This document shows positions 9,919-19,650 of a DNA stretch of 64,000 nt, piece after piece. Numbering within the stretch: the stretch's first letter is position 1; each line of letters begins with the position of its first letter. The stretch is from the IMG/VR virus record IMGVR_UViG_3300035698_007246, positions 1 through 64,000 of that record; one strand, given 5' to 3'. The notes under the pieces are model-generated. The model saw only the letters and a program-made list of their open reading frames with translations. It was not told the origin of the DNA and made no database searches. A program made the translations under genes and the position numbers. This DNA is from a virus.

Positions 9919-10221
9919 ATGTTTAATTTTTTTGAAATGGGCAATAATTACGAAGAAAGAAAAGTTGCAAATGACAAAGTAAATGGTGCTGTAATAGATA
10001 CTGTCAGTGTTACAGATAGCGATCAGCCTTACGAGACAGGGGTATCACATAAGAAGTATGATAACGGTAGTTGGGTTATTGTTGAAATGCACAATGACCT
10101 AGAAAGTGCTAAAATTGGGCATAAACAATGGTTAGAGATTTTTTCAAAAAAAGAGTTACCAAAAGAACTGCTTGATGTCGGAACCAGTGAAATTGCTAAA
10201 CTTATGAACGTTTTTTGTTAA
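9919..10221 (+). CDS. hypothetical protein
   Basis: ORF after GTAGGAGA RBS. Confidence 0.45.
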   Translation: MFNFFEMGNNYEERKVANDKVNGAVIDTVSVTDSDQPYETGVSHKKYDNGSWVIVEMHNDLESAKIGHKQWLEIFSKKELPKELLDVGTSEIAKLMNVFC

Positions 10222-10278
10222 TTCCTGTATAAGTACAGGTTATGAATATAACAAGTAATTATGTGGAAGGAAATATAA

Positions 10279-11223
10279 ATGAGTTATACAGATGAGTTTG
10301 TAAAGAAAAATAAATTTAAACCCGATGAGTTATTCATCCGGGATAATTTGATTATGGAGTGTGTCATGGGTTCTCAAGCCTATGGTGTTGCTAATAAAGA
10401 TTCTGATATTGACATCATTGGAATCACAATGAATCCACATAAACAATTATTCCCACAGAAATATGGGTATGTTCGTGGGTTTCATGAACCAAAGATGTTT
10501 ACTAATTTAGAAATTAAAGGACCACAGAAACGTATTATTCTTGAGAATGGTATTGATTGTGAAGGTGAATGGCATTCTCTTGTGGATTTTTTTAACCTTG
10601 GGGGGTTGAAAGCCTCTCCGAATGTATTGGAAATTCTTTTTGTTCGAAGACCTTTGGTGACACATGGGTCAAATGTTGCATGGATTCTTAGGGATAATAG
10701 GCGATTGTTTCTTTCAATGAAATGTTTTGATTCATTGAAGAATTATGCACATGCCCAACTTATGCGTATTAAACGTGGGGTTGCTAGATGGGGAAAAGAA
10801 CATACATGTGAAAATTCTAAACGAAAAGAATATTTTGAAAATTTTGGATATGATGTAAAACAGGCTTATCATCCATTGAGATTGCTTGATAATCTTCATC
10901 AGATTCTTACCACTGATGACATTGACCTTATGAAAAACAATAAGGAATGTCAGCGTATGCGTAAGGGTGAACTTTACACATTCACAGAATTCGAACAGTA
11001 TGTTAATGAGAAAATTAACAGTTTGGAAAAAATTGCTGATATGAATAATAGTTTGTCAATCAAGCCACAGAGACAGGCTTTACAACAATTGCTTATTGAT
11101 TGTATCGAAGAGCATTATGGTTCTGAAGAGAATTTTCAGGACAATCAAACTGAATATGTTTCTGTTAAAGAATTGAAAGAACATCTTGATAGAATTGAAA
11201 CTAAAATTGATAAGTTGGGATAG
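10279..11223 (+). CDS. Pol-beta-superfamily nucleotidyltransferase domain protein
   Basis: GSQAYGVANKDSDIDIIG fits the GS-x9-DxD minimal nucleotidyltransferase signature. Long C-terminal extension of unknown function. Confidence 0.45.
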   Translation: MSYTDEFVKKNKFKPDELFIRDNLIMECVMGSQAYGVANKDSDIDIIGITMNPHKQLFPQKYGYVRGFHEPKMFTNLEIKGPQKRIILENGIDCEGEWHSLVDFFNLGGLKASPNVLEILFVRRPLVTHGSNVAWILRDNRRLFLSMKCFDSLKNYAHAQLMRIKRGVARWGKEHTCENSKRKEYFENFGYDVKQAYHPLRLLDNLHQILTTDDIDLMKNNKECQRMRKGELYTFTEFEQYVNEKINSLEKIADMNNSLSIKPQRQALQQLLIDCIEEHYGSEENFQDNQTEYVSVKELKEHLDRIETKIDKLG

Positions 11224-11309
11224 ATATTTATGTTTAACTTTTTATAAATAATAGAGAAGTTTGTAGTAATCGTGAAATTGAGTAGTGTTTGGAAACTTAA
11301 TTTTAGGGG

Positions 11310-11555
11310 GTGCAAATGGATAAACGATTTCAAGAGTTTATTAATGCCGAAATTCAAAAAATTAAAGACGATAAATGGATTGAGGGTGAAAAAATACACC
11401 GTGACCCCGGAGTTGAATATGAAATTGACTGGGTAGATAGATATGCTGAGAATTTTCGCAAAGCATGGAATAAATCAAAGTGTCGGGATTGTATTAAGTG
11501 TGATGAATGTGGTAAGAATACACTGAGTGCATGTGACAATTATGTCGAAAAATAG
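11310..11555 (+). CDS. small Cys-rich protein
   Basis: CRDCIKCDECGKNTLSACDNY cysteine cluster. GGGGG RBS upstream. Confidence 0.4.
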   Translation: MQMDKRFQEFINAEIQKIKDDKWIEGEKIHRDPGVEYEIDWVDRYAENFRKAWNKSKCRDCIKCDECGKNTLSACDNYVEK

Positions 11556-11692
11556 AAAATTGTGGTTTGAAAATATATAAATACTTATATATTTCAATTT
11601 TATAATGAGGAGGACATGGCGTTGCTTCCTTTTTGTGCTACTTCACAAATTACTTCTCATTATCTTTCTTTAACCTAAGTAGGGGTATCAAA

Positions 11693-12613
11693 ATGTCCAA
11701 AAGACGAACTACAAAAGAATTTATTCTCGAAGCGATTATTGTGCATGGTAATAACTATGATTATTCATTAGTCAATTATAAGAATTCTCAATCTAAAGTA
11801 AAAATAATATGTCCTATACATGGTGTTTTTGAACAAAATTCAAATTCACATTTACAGGGTTCTACATGTAAAAAATGTTCAGATTTGATAAAAGGTAAAA
11901 AATGTAGATTGACAACAGAACAGTTTATTGAAAAGGCAAAAAAGATTCATGGTGATAGATATGATTATAGTTTGGTTAAATATGATAATGTTCAGATTAA
12001 GGTGAAGATTATTTGTAAAAAACATGGTGTGTTTGAACAAAAACCAAGAAAGCATCTTTGTGAAAAACAAGGATGTCTTAAATGTAGGATTGATAATACA
12101 AGATGTCCAAATTTTATTGAACAATCAATTAAATTATTTGGTGATAAATTTAATTATGATGATGTTGATTATATTAACACTGATACAAAAGTAAAAATTT
12201 GGTGTAATGAACATAATCAATATTTTTTAAAATCTCCATATAAACATTTAAAAGGCTCAGGTTGCCATAAATGTAGAATGTCTAAAGGGGAACTTAAAAT
12301 TGAAAACTATCTTAAAGAAAATAATATCCAATTCGAAACAGAAAAGAAATTTCTTGATTGTAAAAATATTAAGCCATTACCTTTTGATTTTTATTTACCA
12401 GAAAAAAATGTTTTAATTGAATATGATGGTAATTTACATTTTAAGATAAATGAATATTTTGGTGGTGTTGATGGATTTATTAAAAGAGTTAAAAATGATT
12501 TAATCAAAACTACTTATTGTTTAGATAATGATATTATATTATTAAGAATCCCATATTGGGATTTTAATAAAATTGATGATTTATTATGTGGTATAAATAA
12601 TTTTGTTAAATAA
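11693..12613 (+). CDS. homing-endonuclease-like protein: 3x ~47-aa His/Cys repeat + C-terminal Vsr/DUF559-like PD-(D/E)xK nuclease domain
   Basis: Three tandem repeats (HGxxYDYSLVxYxNxxxKVKIICxxHGVFEQ...C.KC). C-terminal PLPFDFYLP...LIEYDG...H...ILLRIPYWDF resembles Vsr/DUF559-type restriction-endonuclease-fold domains. ATG at 11693 after GGGGTATCAAA. Confidence 0.45.
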   Translation: MSKRRTTKEFILEAIIVHGNNYDYSLVNYKNSQSKVKIICPIHGVFEQNSNSHLQGSTCKKCSDLIKGKKCRLTTEQFIEKAKKIHGDRYDYSLVKYDNVQIKVKIICKKHGVFEQKPRKHLCEKQGCLKCRIDNTRCPNFIEQSIKLFGDKFNYDDVDYINTDTKVKIWCNEHNQYFLKSPYKHLKGSGCHKCRMSKGELKIENYLKENNIQFETEKKFLDCKNIKPLPFDFYLPEKNVLIEYDGNLHFKINEYFGGVDGFIKRVKNDLIKTTYCLDNDIILLRIPYWDFNKIDDLLCGINNFVK

Positions 12614-12644
12614 ATTATTAATTTAATATTATGGAGTGAGTAGT

Positions 12645-13568
12645 ATGAAAACACGAAGAGTGTTATGTCTTAGCGGAGGTGGGTGTCGTGGAATTTCACA
12701 ATTGATTGTTTTAAAAAAATTAGAAGAAGAGTTTGGTAAACCTCTATGTGAAGTTTATGATTTAATTGCAGGAACATCTGTTGGTGCAATAAACGCTGCA
12801 TTGATTGCAAGTGGTAAAATATCGATGGCTGATTTATTAGGTATATATCCTGAAGTTCTTAAGAAAGTTTTCACGAAAAAATGGTATAGACTTAAGAAAC
12901 CTAAGTACCAAAGAAAGTATTTCCGAGAAGAGTGGGATAAGATAGTTGGTAAGGATTTCATGATGTCTGATTCTAAAACTCGATTGATGTTAACATCAGT
13001 TGACCTCGTGAAAGATGAAAATCATTTCTTTAAATCTTGGTATGATGATATGAAAAATGAAAGAATGGTAGATATGGTCTGTCGTTCTTTTGCTGCTCCT
13101 ATGTATTTTGGACATATTGTCGATAATAAAAACAAAAAATGTTGGTCGGATGGTGGCGTTGGTAATGCTAATCTCCCATTAAATGAAGTTAAAACTCAGG
13201 TTGAGTCATTCCAGTGGTATGATAAATGTAGTATATTTGGTGGTAATGATGTGCATATTGACGCTATTGGATGTTTGTATTATGACCCACACCACACATT
13301 CGAAAAAATAAAGAAAAATCGTTGGATAAAACAAATATTTGATTATCTTAATTTAGGTAATGGTGGCTTGGCACGAGCACAAAGTCGTAATGACCAAATC
13401 CGTATGATGAGCTACCTCACCAAAGATAATCACAATATACAGTTTAGATATTGGGATAGAGAAATTCCTAAGAAAATTGATAAGCTCGATGGTGTTAAGT
13501 ATTTGAATGAGTATAAAAAGTATGGAATTGAGATGGCTAAAAAGCCTATGCTTGATTTGACACGATAA
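12645..13568 (+). CDS. patatin-like phospholipase
   Basis: Oxyanion GGGCRG, nucleophile elbow GTSVG, and catalytic DGG (WSDGGVGNANLP). Confidence 0.65.
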   Translation: MKTRRVLCLSGGGCRGISQLIVLKKLEEEFGKPLCEVYDLIAGTSVGAINAALIASGKISMADLLGIYPEVLKKVFTKKWYRLKKPKYQRKYFREEWDKIVGKDFMMSDSKTRLMLTSVDLVKDENHFFKSWYDDMKNERMVDMVCRSFAAPMYFGHIVDNKNKKCWSDGGVGNANLPLNEVKTQVESFQWYDKCSIFGGNDVHIDAIGCLYYDPHHTFEKIKKNRWIKQIFDYLNLGNGGLARAQSRNDQIRMMSYLTKDNHNIQFRYWDREIPKKIDKLDGVKYLNEYKKYGIEMAKKPMLDLTR

Positions 13569-13969
13569 TGAAGGAGAAAGTATTAGTGAATTTGTCTAAA
13601 GAGAGCAACACCCGAAGTAAAGACCAGACTATGAAAACGAGACCGTGCCATTTTCCAGGGTGTAAAGTTGAGTTTTTGGGTCGTGGTAAAACGAAATATT
13701 GTGAAGAACACAGGAAACAAAAATATAAAAAAATATTATATAAAAAAAATGTTAGTGACGGCATTGGGGATTCTAATGTACAAATCAAACATAAAAATTT
13801 AGTCACTACCAAAATAATCAAAGAGTGTGGTTTGGATGGATGTTCTAATGTGTATGGTGTAATATTAATACCTAATCAGTATATTTACTCAAATTATTGT
13901 CACGAACATCGAAATGAATTTAAACGAAAATTATTTCTTAAAAAGAAAGAACATGATGATGAAATATAA
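13568..13969 (+). CDS. Cys/His-rich putative zinc-binding protein
   Basis: CHFPGC...CEEH and CGLDGC...CHEH clusters. Confidence 0.4.
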   Translation: MKEKVLVNLSKESNTRSKDQTMKTRPCHFPGCKVEFLGRGKTKYCEEHRKQKYKKILYKKNVSDGIGDSNVQIKHKNLVTTKIIKECGLDGCSNVYGVILIPNQYIYSNYCHEHRNEFKRKLFLKKKEHDDEI

Positions 13970-14603
13970 AGATTGCATAATTGATTTAGCAAATGCACCG
14001 GGTGATATTGTTACAGCTAATTCGTTAATTAAGCGATTTAAAAAGAAAAATTGCGTTGAGTTTGATTTGAAAATAAATATTGATTATGCTATGAAAGATT
14101 ATGGGATTTATGAAGATGGTGTGCCGGGTGAGATTTCCGTGAATCCTGCTTTAGCGATAGTGGATAATAAGGATTCAAAAGATTTAAATAGTTATCGGGG
14201 TTATACTATTGATTGGACATTATTAGGAGTGACAATGCATGAGTTCGGACATTACTTGTGTTGTGAACTATATGAAGGCATTATCGAAGAGTATACAAAA
14301 GAATTTCCTAAAAATCGACTGTTCTTAGGAGAATATTCTAATGAAAATGTTGATGAAGAGTTAGCTGAGATTATCCGTTTATACATGTTGAATCCTTTAT
14401 TACTTAAATTAGTAGGTGGTGATGTATACAAATATATTAAATCATGGTTTGATTCTCCAAATCCATCATCACAAAAATTTACTGTGTATTTAGTTGAGAA
14501 ATTCCCAGTTTTTATAAAAGAAGATTTGAAACAAACTTGGAATTTGGTTCATGATATTCATTTAAATAAAATTGTAAAGGTGGTAAGTAATGGGAGAAAA
14601 TAA
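13953..14603 (+). CDS. putative HExxH zinc metallopeptidase
   Basis: GVTMHEFGHYLCCELYEG contains HEFGH followed by E. Start uncertain (runs of ATG at 13953-13961). Confidence 0.4.
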   Translation: MMMKYKDCIIDLANAPGDIVTANSLIKRFKKKNCVEFDLKINIDYAMKDYGIYEDGVPGEISVNPALAIVDNKDSKDLNSYRGYTIDWTLLGVTMHEFGHYLCCELYEGIIEEYTKEFPKNRLFLGEYSNENVDEELAEIIRLYMLNPLLLKLVGGDVYKYIKSWFDSPNPSSQKFTVYLVEKFPVFIKEDLKQTWNLVHDIHLNKIVKVVSNGRK

Positions 14604-14859
14604 AGACCTCAACATTTTTAATATATTTATTAAAGATGGAATTCAATTATTTGTTAAACATGATTTGAGGTTGTTTAAAAATGTTAAATCATTAGAACCA
14701 CTATATATGATGGTTGGTATGGTAGAAAAATTTAAACAACAAATATTGGATAGGGTCGAATATATTGAAACCGGTGAAGAAATGGGTGAAGACCTTGATT
14801 TTGATGAGGATATCACTGGATTGTTTGGTGATGGAAACGATAATTGGAATTTAGATTAA
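14590..14859 (+). CDS. hypothetical acidic protein
   Basis: Overlapping start. D/E-rich C-terminus. Confidence 0.4.
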   Translation: MGENKDLNIFNIFIKDGIQLFVKHDLRLFKNVKSLEPLYMMVGMVEKFKQQILDRVEYIETGEEMGEDLDFDEDITGLFGDGNDNWNLD

Positions 14860-14865
14860 AAACTA

Positions 14866-14894
14866 TTGACAAAACCTTTCCCATGTATTATATT
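14866..14894 (+). promoter_or_regulatory. sigma70-like promoter (TTGACA-N17-TATATT)
   Basis: AACTATTGACAAAACCTTTCCCATGTATTATATT. Conserved family member. Confidence 0.55.
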
Positions 14895-14937
14895 ATTTGC
14901 GTATTAATTAAGAGAATGGTTTTTTAAAGGGATGTGA

Positions 14938-15162
14938 ATGCAAGAAGAGCAATTAAGAAAAATAGATATTATCCCCGGGCATATTAATTGGTGTGTTATA
15001 TCTGACGCTATTAAAAAACCAGAAATGCAATTTGAAAATAAAACTGGTGAGACAGCACGTATTGCTGCTATTGTAAGAAGACCAATAGTTGCTAATTATT
15101 TAATAGTTGTGACATTTATTGATGAAAACTGGTCTACAGTTGATGTATTTGAAAAAAAATAA
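14938..15162 (+). CDS. hypothetical protein
   Basis: 74-aa ORF downstream of promoter. Confidence 0.4.
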   Translation: MQEEQLRKIDIIPGHINWCVISDAIKKPEMQFENKTGETARIAAIVRRPIVANYLIVVTFIDENWSTVDVFEKK

Positions 15163-15169
15163 AAAAAGT

Positions 15170-15198
15170 CTTGACAACGAATGTGTCAGGAATTATAT
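15170..15198 (+). promoter_or_regulatory. sigma70-like promoter (TTGACA-N17-TATATT)
   Basis: GTCTTGACAACGAATGTGTCAGGAATTATATT. Confidence 0.5.
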
Positions 15199-15247
15199 TA
15201 AATGGGTCGAAATTAAGGATGTTTAAAAATTTTCAAAGGAGGTGTGC

Positions 15248-15541
15248 ATGATTATTGTTAAATTATTGATGTTTGCTCTTTTCATTTTTCTTGTTATCAA
15301 AGCGATTAAGTTTGGTATTAAAAAAAACAAACAGATTGACCGAGATTTTGATGTTAAAGAACGAATGGAAACTATTCAGGAAGTTGACAAATCAGCAAAA
15401 GAAGTTGATGACTATAAAGTCAAAAATGCTGATACAATTAAAAACCAAAAAGATAACGAAAAAACCATTAATGATTTCAAAAATGGTGTTGTTGATGAAC
15501 CTAAATTGGAACCTGAAGTTGTAAAAGATAAAGTAAGTTAA
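15248..15541 (+). CDS. small membrane-anchored charged protein
   Basis: AAGGAGG RBS then ATG. N-terminal TM helix then K/E/D-rich tail. Confidence 0.45.
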   Translation: MIIVKLLMFALFIFLVIKAIKFGIKKNKQIDRDFDVKERMETIQEVDKSAKEVDDYKVKNADTIKNQKDNEKTINDFKNGVVDEPKLEPEVVKDKVS

Positions 15542-15616
15542 AACACATAGATTTATTGTTAGAGAAGTATTGAACGAAGTATATTAATTGAAGTTAAATT
15601 TATCAAAGGAGTTTTT

Positions 15617-16813
15617 ATGAACTTTAAACAAATTTTGAAAATTGGTGTGTGGGTGGTTATCGGTATAGTGGTAATTGTATTACTCGTTGGCGGGACTTCT
15701 ATGTGGGAGAAAGTCAAAAATACCGAGTATGTAATGCATGAGTCTGCCTTTTCGGGAGAATTGACATCATGGAACACCCCCGGGTGGAAGAAACAGATGT
15801 TTGGTGGTCTTACAAAATACAATAAGACTTATCCAATTTACTTATCTTCAGATAAACTTGATGGTGGTGAAGGTGCCAACGTTCAGGCTGTAAAAGTATT
15901 GTTTCCTGATGGTAATGCCGGTGTAGATATTGCTGGTAGATTCAGATTACCCACAAGCAAAAAATTACAAAAGAAATTACATATTGATTATTCAGGTGAC
16001 CCTGGTGCTGTTGTTTCTATGGTTCGTCAACAATTATTGGAAGCTGCTAAAGCTGCCGGTCCATTGATGTCTTCAGCAGAGGCATACTCTGATAGAAGAG
16101 CTGATTTTATTAAATTCATTCTGGCACAAGCTCATGATGGGATTTACAAAGCGAACAAAACTATCACAACATCTAAGGATAATAATGGTAATGACATTGA
16201 AACTATTACTTATGACGTTGAACGTGATTCTCAACATAACCCAATTATAACTAAACCATCAATTTTGAAGACTTATGGTATTGTGATTTATGAATTTAAT
16301 GTTAAAGACATGGATTTCGACGATAAGACTGAAGCATTGATTAACGCTCGTAAAGAAGCTCAAAAAGCAAAACAGGACGCTATAACGGCAAAGCAGAAGG
16401 GAGAAGCTCTTATCGCAACAGAAAAAGCTACATATGAAGTTGAGAAAATGAGAGAAATTACAATTGCACAAAAAGAAAAAGAAGTTGCGGTATTGAATGC
16501 TCAAAGAGAACGTGATGTTGCTAAATTGAATGCTGATAAAGCAAAACAAGAAGCACTTGGTACGGTAAGAGCTGCTACTGCAAAGAAACAAGAATTGGCT
16601 CTTGCTGATGGTCTGTCAGAACGAGCGAAGTATGAAATTGATAAAAGAACTGAAGCAACTATCGAATCTGCAAAATATTACTCAAAATGGGTAGGACCTC
16701 AAATTGTGGTAAACGGTACAGGTGGTAAAGGTGGAAGTGGACTTGGTGATGTGTTAATGCTTGAAAGATACCAATCTATGTTGGCAAATGGTATTAACGG
16801 GCAAACAAAATAG
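15617..16813 (+). CDS. SPFH/band-7 (flotillin/HflK-like) membrane protein
   Basis: N-terminal TM helix. Long A/E/K-rich coiled region (EAQKAKQDAITAKQKGEALIATEKATYEVEKMREI...) typical of flotillin/HflK C-terminal segments. Confidence 0.5.
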   Translation: MNFKQILKIGVWVVIGIVVIVLLVGGTSMWEKVKNTEYVMHESAFSGELTSWNTPGWKKQMFGGLTKYNKTYPIYLSSDKLDGGEGANVQAVKVLFPDGNAGVDIAGRFRLPTSKKLQKKLHIDYSGDPGAVVSMVRQQLLEAAKAAGPLMSSAEAYSDRRADFIKFILAQAHDGIYKANKTITTSKDNNGNDIETITYDVERDSQHNPIITKPSILKTYGIVIYEFNVKDMDFDDKTEALINARKEAQKAKQDAITAKQKGEALIATEKATYEVEKMREITIAQKEKEVAVLNAQRERDVAKLNADKAKQEALGTVRAATAKKQELALADGLSERAKYEIDKRTEATIESAKYYSKWVGPQIVVNGTGGKGGSGLGDVLMLERYQSMLANGINGQTK

Positions 16814-16838
16814 TGAAATTTCTTAAGAGATAAATATA

Positions 16839-16875
16839 AGAAAAAAGACATAGCTTAGAGCTATGTCTTTTTTGT
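16839..16875 (+). terminator. rho-independent terminator
   Basis: AAGACATAGCT/AGCTATGTCTT palindrome followed by TTTTTTG. Confidence 0.65.
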
Positions 16876-16899
16876 ATTTTAATTTAACAGGAGAATCTG

Positions 16900-17391
16900 T
16901 TGGAAAAGTTTAAATTGTTTTGGGGTGGAGTTTATTCTCAGTGGAATAAGATGAGAATATACGACCCGAAGTTGAAAATGGAATTTAATTGCAATGAGCA
17001 GTGCATGATGTACTTTAAAGCAACATTGTTTGATGATACTGAAATAGCTGATAAGATTATGGGAAGTAGTGATGCCAGACAGCAAAAGAAATACGGAAGA
17101 GAAGTTAAAGATTTTGATGTTGATGTTTGGGAAAAATATGCATTTCTGATTGTTGAAAGAGCAAATTATTTAAAGTTCATGCAGAACAGACTTGCATTAC
17201 AAGAAATGATGGCTGATGTTGACGCAGGATATACTACATTTGTTGAAGCCTCCCCTTTTGATAAGATATGGGGAATTGGATTAGCAGAAGATGACCCGGA
17301 TTGTCTCGATAGAGAAAAATGGCTGGGAAAAAATTGGTTAGGATTGGCAATCACAAGTGTTAAAGATAGAATCATAAAGGAGTTGATGTAA
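16900..17391 (+). CDS. NADAR (YbiA/DUF1768-like) domain protein
   Basis: FWGGVYSQW...FNCNEQCMMYFKATLFDD...SPFDKIWGIGL matches NADAR family landmarks. TTG start after AGGAGA RBS. Confidence 0.55.
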   Translation: MEKFKLFWGGVYSQWNKMRIYDPKLKMEFNCNEQCMMYFKATLFDDTEIADKIMGSSDARQQKKYGREVKDFDVDVWEKYAFLIVERANYLKFMQNRLALQEMMADVDAGYTTFVEASPFDKIWGIGLAEDDPDCLDREKWLGKNWLGLAITSVKDRIIKELM

Positions 17392-18008
17392 TGAAAAAGA
17401 AGGATAAACGTAAAGTCCCCCAAACATCAGATGTGAATTTTGATGATTTGAAAATTGAAGTTACTGATGAAACAAAAAAAGGATTAAAAGGATTACGCAC
17501 ATTTATTGAATATTGGGATAAGGAATTGAAACCATTTCTTATTGAATCTATTCAAGGAGCATTACCGTATTATCTTCACTTATCACAAATATCAGAAAGC
17601 ACTGATAGGTTTGTGGAGCACAATAACATAAATGTCGAATATATAGAAAACGTTCGGCATTATGACACTTACGAAAGTGGAAAACCACTCAAAGATTCTG
17701 ATAAGAAAGTGCTCAATGCTTTCAGAAAACAATCAGATAAAATCTACGATGAAGTAATTGAAAAGAAAATATGTATTGACTTTGGAGGAATCCACGCAAT
17801 AAATACAATGATGTTCGAAGTTGATACTGACATCTCTAATTTCAAAAATCCTGCTTTAAAAATGATTCATGTATTTGGTAATTTCAGTGATGACGAATAT
17901 TACGCTACAGTATTTAAAGGGATTGAAGATTGTAGTGAAGCAAAAACTTATAAAGAAATTGCTAAGAAACTTGAACATGCATTTGGAATACTGAAAGAAG
18001 TTAAATAA
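17391..18008 (+). CDS. hypothetical protein
   Basis: ATGA overlap with upstream stop. Confidence 0.45.
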   Translation: MKKKDKRKVPQTSDVNFDDLKIEVTDETKKGLKGLRTFIEYWDKELKPFLIESIQGALPYYLHLSQISESTDRFVEHNNINVEYIENVRHYDTYESGKPLKDSDKKVLNAFRKQSDKIYDEVIEKKICIDFGGIHAINTMMFEVDTDISNFKNPALKMIHVFGNFSDDEYYATVFKGIEDCSEAKTYKEIAKKLEHAFGILKEVK

Positions 18009-18046
18009 TTTATAATATATTATTTATACAAATTTTGAATTAGGTA

Positions 18047-18075
18047 TTGACTTTTTATAAACAATTAATTATATT
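18047..18075 (+). promoter_or_regulatory. sigma70-like promoter (TTGACT-N17-TATATT)
   Basis: GTATTGACTTTTTATAAACAATTAATTATATT. Confidence 0.5.
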
Positions 18076-18106
18076 TTAAGTTTAATTATTTTGAAAGGTA
18101 ATTTGA

Positions 18107-18607
18107 TTGACTAAAGTAATAAAAATAATCAGTGGGGGGCAATGTGGGTCCGATTCCGGTGGGTTGGCAGCGGCTTATGATTTGGGTATAGAAACAGGTG
18201 GAACTGCTCCTAAAAATTTTAGAACTAAATATGGTTCGAATCCTAAATTGAAAGCTCTGGGGTTGGTTGAACATAAATCATGGGAATACAAACCCAGAAC
18301 TTGGGATAATGTGCAAAATTCTGATGGAACCATTCGTTTTGCGTATGACTTTGAGTCTCCGGGTGAACGGGACACATTGGCAGCAATAATGAAATATACA
18401 AAGCCACATCTTGATATTGATTTAAAAGAACTTGAGATGGGGCATTATCTCCCATTCGACTTCACTGAATTCATAGACGAATATCAAATTTCAGTTCTAA
18501 ACGTTGCTGGTAATGGTGGAAAGGGTAGAGAAGAGTCTTCAAAGATTTTTAGTCTTGTGAGGAGGTATATGAAAATTTGGTTAGGATTTTGTAATAAGGA
18601 TGGATGA
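18107..18607 (+). CDS. SLOG-superfamily (YpsA / putative MoCo-carrier-like) protein
   Basis: IISGGQCGSDSGGLAAAYDLGIETGGTAPKNFRT resembles the GGQTGxD...GGxCPKGR signature of YpsA-like SLOG Rossmann domains. TTG start. Confidence 0.4.
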   Translation: MTKVIKIISGGQCGSDSGGLAAAYDLGIETGGTAPKNFRTKYGSNPKLKALGLVEHKSWEYKPRTWDNVQNSDGTIRFAYDFESPGERDTLAAIMKYTKPHLDIDLKELEMGHYLPFDFTEFIDEYQISVLNVAGNGGKGREESSKIFSLVRRYMKIWLGFCNKDG

Positions 18608-19650
18608 ATATGAAAGTTAGTAGATTTACGGATATAGGGCAATTCCGAAATGTTATTAGAACTATTTGTGATAGAGCAAAATTTGTTGGTTTGGGTGAGG
18701 ATGGTAATCCAATATTGGATGAATCTGCTACAATGCCAATATTAACATTTAAAGGAACTGTAAAACTTCATGGAACAAACGCAAGTGTTGGTTTTAATGA
18801 TGTTGGTATGTATTGTCAAAGCCGAACAGAAATAATAACTATAGACAAAGATAATGCAGGATTTGCATTTTTTGCTGAGTCTAAAAGGGAAATATTTAAA
18901 AATTGGAATAGTACAATTAGACATCACAACAATATAAAAGATTCCACTGTTATGATTTATGGTGAATGGTGTGGTGGTAATATTCAAAAGGGTGTGGCTA
19001 TAAATGGGTTGCCGAAGATGTTTGTAGTGATTGCTATTAAAATAATTCCTGATGATGAAGATGGTGTATCATATTATTTACAACCAAGATATTGGAATGA
19101 TTTAAATTGTCATGAAAAATTAATTTATAACATTTATGATTTTCAGTTGTATCAAATAGATATTGATTTTAATAATCCAAAATTATCACAAAATGAAATT
19201 GTTAAATTGGTTAAATTGGTTGAAGATGAATGTCCTGTTGGAAAATATTTTGGAGTATCTGGTGTTGGTGAGGGGATTGTTTGGGAAGGTTGGTGGAATT
19301 ATGAAAGGTATGTTTTTAAAACTAAAGGTGAAAAACATTCCGTGAGCAAAGTAAAAACAATTGCTGAAGTTGATGTTGAAAAATTAGATTCTATAAATGA
19401 TTTTGTGAAATATTCTGTTACTGATAATCGTCTTAATCAAGCAATTGAGCAGGTGTTTACATGTAAATCATTGAAACCTGATATTAAATACACTGGCGAC
19501 TTTTTACGGTGGTTAGTTAGTGATGTAATAAAAGAAGAGTTTGATACTTTGGTAGAAAATAATTTAGAACCAAAAGATGTTAAAAAAAGTATTAGTGTGT
19601 ATGGTAGAAAATGGTATTTTAAATATTTAAATGATTTGGATATATTATAA
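18604..19650 (+). CDS. RNA ligase, Rnl2-like
   Basis: Nucleotidyltransferase motif I KLHGTN (T4 Rnl2 has KIHGTN). Motif IV-like GEGIVWE. Motif V K-x-K (VFKTKGEKH). Size 348 aa is close to Rnl2. Confidence 0.55.
   Translation: MNMKVSRFTDIGQFRNVIRTICDRAKFVGLGEDGNPILDESATMPILTFKGTVKLHGTNASVGFNDVGMYCQSRTEIITIDKDNAGFAFFAESKREIFKNWNSTIRHHNNIKDSTVMIYGEWCGGNIQKGVAINGLPKMFVVIAIKIIPDDEDGVSYYLQPRYWNDLNCHEKLIYNIYDFQLYQIDIDFNNPKLSQNEIVKLVKLVEDECPVGKYFGVSGVGEGIVWEGWWNYERYVFKTKGEKHSVSKVKTIAEVDVEKLDSINDFVKYSVTDNRLNQAIEQVFTCKSLKPDIKYTGDFLRWLVSDVIKEEFDTLVENNLEPKDVKKSISVYGRKWYFKYLNDLDIL

Noticed and set aside
15273-15524. 83-aa K/L-rich ORF overlapping 15248-15541
   Set aside because: Alternative frame of an A/T-rich lysine-codon stretch. 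The in-frame gene has the AAGGAGG RBS.
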